Of a stretch of 64,000 bases of DNA, positions 63,033-64,000 are shown one piece after another. The notes beneath the pieces were generated by a model. It had not been told where the DNA came from and did not search any database. It was given only the letters and a program-made list of their open reading frames with translations. The stretch comes from an uncultured Clostridia bacterium (GTDB lineage Bacteria; Bacillota; Clostridia; TANB77; CAG-465), in contig CALXJF010000006.1 of assembly GCA_944388575.1 (NCBI GenBank), positions 781 through 64,780 of the forward strand. Reading direction: 5' to 3'. Both the position numbers and the translations under genes were made by a program. The number at the start of each line of letters is the position of its first letter. Positions within the stretch are counted from its first letter, which is position 1.

Positions 63033-63293
63033 ATGTTAGCAAAGCCAAATGTTAGTGAAGTTATGCCAAAAGTTGGAAATAGATATGAATCAGCACTTGC
63101 TATAGCTAAAAGAGCAAGAGATATTGAAAAAAGAAGAGTTTTAGAAGGAAGTAGTGATATACGAGATGCAGTAGATGTAGCTGCCGAGGAAATCGCAGAA
63201 GAGAAGGTTTATGTTAGAAAAGATGGTCAATTTGTTGTTGAACCTGGTATAAGGGATGATATAGTAGATATTGAAAATTCAAATAATGATTAA
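63033..63293 (+). CDS. rpoZ: RNA polymerase omega subunit
   Basis: P....L..KVGNRY.....AKRAR....AVDVAAEEI; GGAGG RBS before ATG 63033. Confidence 0.82.
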   Translation: MLAKPNVSEVMPKVGNRYESALAIAKRARDIEKRRVLEGSSDIRDAVDVAAEEIAEEKVYVRKDGQFVVEPGIRDDIVDIENSNND

Positions 63294-63301
63294 AGGAGCA
63301 A

Positions 63302-63868
63302 ATGTATATGAATAAAAGGCATATTATAACTATAGCTGGAGATCATGCGAGTGGTCAAGGCTCATTATCAAATACATTACAAAGAGACTTAAATTATGAA
63401 ATTTATCGAAATGGTCAGTATGCAAGAAAACTTGCTAAAGATATGGGGATGAATATAGTAGAGTTTCAAAAATATCTTGATGAACACGAAGAATTAGATA
63501 GGCAGATTGAAAAAAGTGCAAGTGAGTATGCTAAATCTCATGATAATTTGATTGTTGATGCTAAACTTGGTTGGTTTGCTATTCCGGATTCGTTTAAAGT
63601 TTATTTAAGAGTAAATATAGATGTAGCAGCCAAAAGAGTTTTTATGGATGAAAAAAGAAAAGATAGTGAGCAATTTAATAGTATAGAAGAGGCAAAAAGA
63701 CAAATATTATATAGATTTAATGAAGAAAATAATAGATGGTTTAAAACCTATGGTGTACATAGAGATGATATGTCAAATTATGATTTAGTTATAGATACAA
63801 CAGATTTAACTATTGAAGAAGTAAATACTATAGTTTTAAATGCATATAAAAAGTGGTTAAATGAATAA
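63302..63868 (+). CDS. Cytidylate-kinase-like (AAA family) protein with atypical P-loop
   Basis: ITIAGDHASGQG, LDRQIE, IVDAKLG, KVYLRV..DVAAKRV, YDLVIDTT. Confidence 0.75.
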   Translation: MYMNKRHIITIAGDHASGQGSLSNTLQRDLNYEIYRNGQYARKLAKDMGMNIVEFQKYLDEHEELDRQIEKSASEYAKSHDNLIVDAKLGWFAIPDSFKVYLRVNIDVAAKRVFMDEKRKDSEQFNSIEEAKRQILYRFNEENNRWFKTYGVHRDDMSNYDLVIDTTDLTIEEVNTIVLNAYKKWLNE

Positions 63869-64000
63869 TATATTATTGAAAGGTGGTGCAAGAGATAATA
63901 GATTACTATAAAAAGTAGTTTATTATCTCGTTATATATGGAAATTACAAGAACTATAAATTCACATATTTTTAGGGGATATGATATAAGGGGTATATATA

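Noticed and set aside
1-64000. CRISPR array, tRNA, rRNA
   Set aside because: No regularly spaced repeats, cloverleafs or rRNA-like GC-rich tracts seen by eye; no scan was run

Overview
Very AT-rich chromosomal segment of a low-GC Gram-positive, probably spore-forming, Clostridia-like bacterium (inferred from ylbJ, clostridial-type PBPs and sigmaA promoters). In order: (1) radC-mreB-mreC-mreD-mrdA cell-shape operon. (2) A ~32 kb cell-surface glycan locus (5.5-37.6 kb): PMM/PGM, rmlDACB, a 3-amino-3,6-dideoxyhexose pathway, Wzm/Wzt exporter, rhamnosyltransferase-like GT2/GT4 enzymes, a methyltransferase-kinase-coiled-coil protein, two polyprenol-phosphate sugar synthases, three GT-C-like membrane proteins, an ArnE/F-like small transporter pair, galE and a deacetylase. 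It is interrupted by a truncated IS1182 fused to an ORF-less, 5'-truncated group IIC intron, a frameshifted IS66 (20-bp IRs, 8-bp TSD) and a 500-bp mini-IS66. (3) An accessory region: a 40-aa membrane sORF, an orphan protein, an internally deleted IS30, a type II Wadjet (jetABCD; jetC has a +1 frameshift in Walker A), and a 41-aa peptide coupled to a 684-aa coiled-coil protein. (4) Housekeeping and envelope genes: frameshifted cpoA-like GT4, UPF0104 protein, SDR, tandem class A PBPs, ylbJ, a SAM methyltransferase, an alpha/beta hydrolase, rpoZ and a cytidylate-kinase-like protein. No rRNA, tRNA or CRISPR array was seen. All family assignments come from motif recognition by eye, not database searches.
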